This document shows, piece by piece, positions 63,685-64,000 of a stretch of 64,000 nucleotides of DNA. Where the stretch lies: the NCBI GenBank assembly GCA_036785375.1, contig JAWMAR010000061.1, positions 8,618,001 through 8,682,000 of the forward strand, given 5' to 3'. The notes under the pieces are model-generated. The model saw nothing but the letters and a program-made list of their open reading frames with translations, was not told where the DNA came from and did not search any database. How positions within the stretch are numbered: the first letter of the stretch is position 1; each line of letters opens with the position of its first letter. A program made the translations under genes and the position numbers. The stretch comes from Leucoraja ocellata. Its lineage: Eukaryota.

Positions 63685-64000
63685 GTCTGTCTATTCCTGC
63701 TGCAGAAGTAGAACACTGCTCTGTATATCTTCAGCTCTTTGTAGAATACCATCTGTTTCTCCCACCTTATAATTAGAAAACAGAAGTGCATTTGTGAAAA
63801 CTGACCGAATCAGCAGATCTATGAATAACCAGTCAGTTCCAGTAACTTAAAACTAGTGCCTCGGTTCAAAAAGTATGTATTTAATGGTGTATTTGGCAGT
63901 GTGTTGAGTATCAGAATAAGCCACTCATTGATATTTATTGTACATTGATGATTTTTTTCCTTCCCATGGTGTCCTGAGTTGCCTTACTTAGACTTGGGAA

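Noticed and set aside
63579-63791. Minus-strand ORF with an acceptor-like site near 63766
   Set aside because: No recognisable protein or partner exons; the + strand cassette exon explains the region better.

Overview
Vertebrate genomic DNA, most likely a cartilaginous fish (skate/ray-type repeat complement: CR1/HER1 LINEs, HE1/V-SINE-like SINEs, Rex1/Babar LINEs, Penelope-like elements). The whole window lies inside one + strand gene, unconventional myosin IXA (MYO9A). I can assemble 13 coding exons (10714-61203, 2182 nt, all GT-AG, phases consistent) encoding the Ras-association domain and most of the motor domain (P-loop GESGSGKT, switch I NNNSSRFG, switch II DIFGFE) up to the start of the class-IX loop-2 insertion; exon 1 and the 3' half are outside the window. 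Exon numbers follow my recollection of the human gene. Almost all other ORFs in the track are repeat fragments or noise. Most notable: (1) a family of ~100-250 bp Penelope-derived, often fold-back insertions with target-site duplications that carry a minimal hammerhead-ribozyme core, one of them intact on the pre-mRNA strand just after exon 9; (2) a candidate 75-nt in-frame cassette exon for loop 2; (3) a perfect 33-bp hairpin after exon 2; (4) a diverged duplicate of the exon-10 acceptor region that lost its AG; (5) a young 1.3-kb Tc1/mariner-type non-autonomous element carrying hairpins and a tRNA-like segment; (6) inverted repeats positioned to favour back-splicing. Repeat boundaries are approximate, read by eye.
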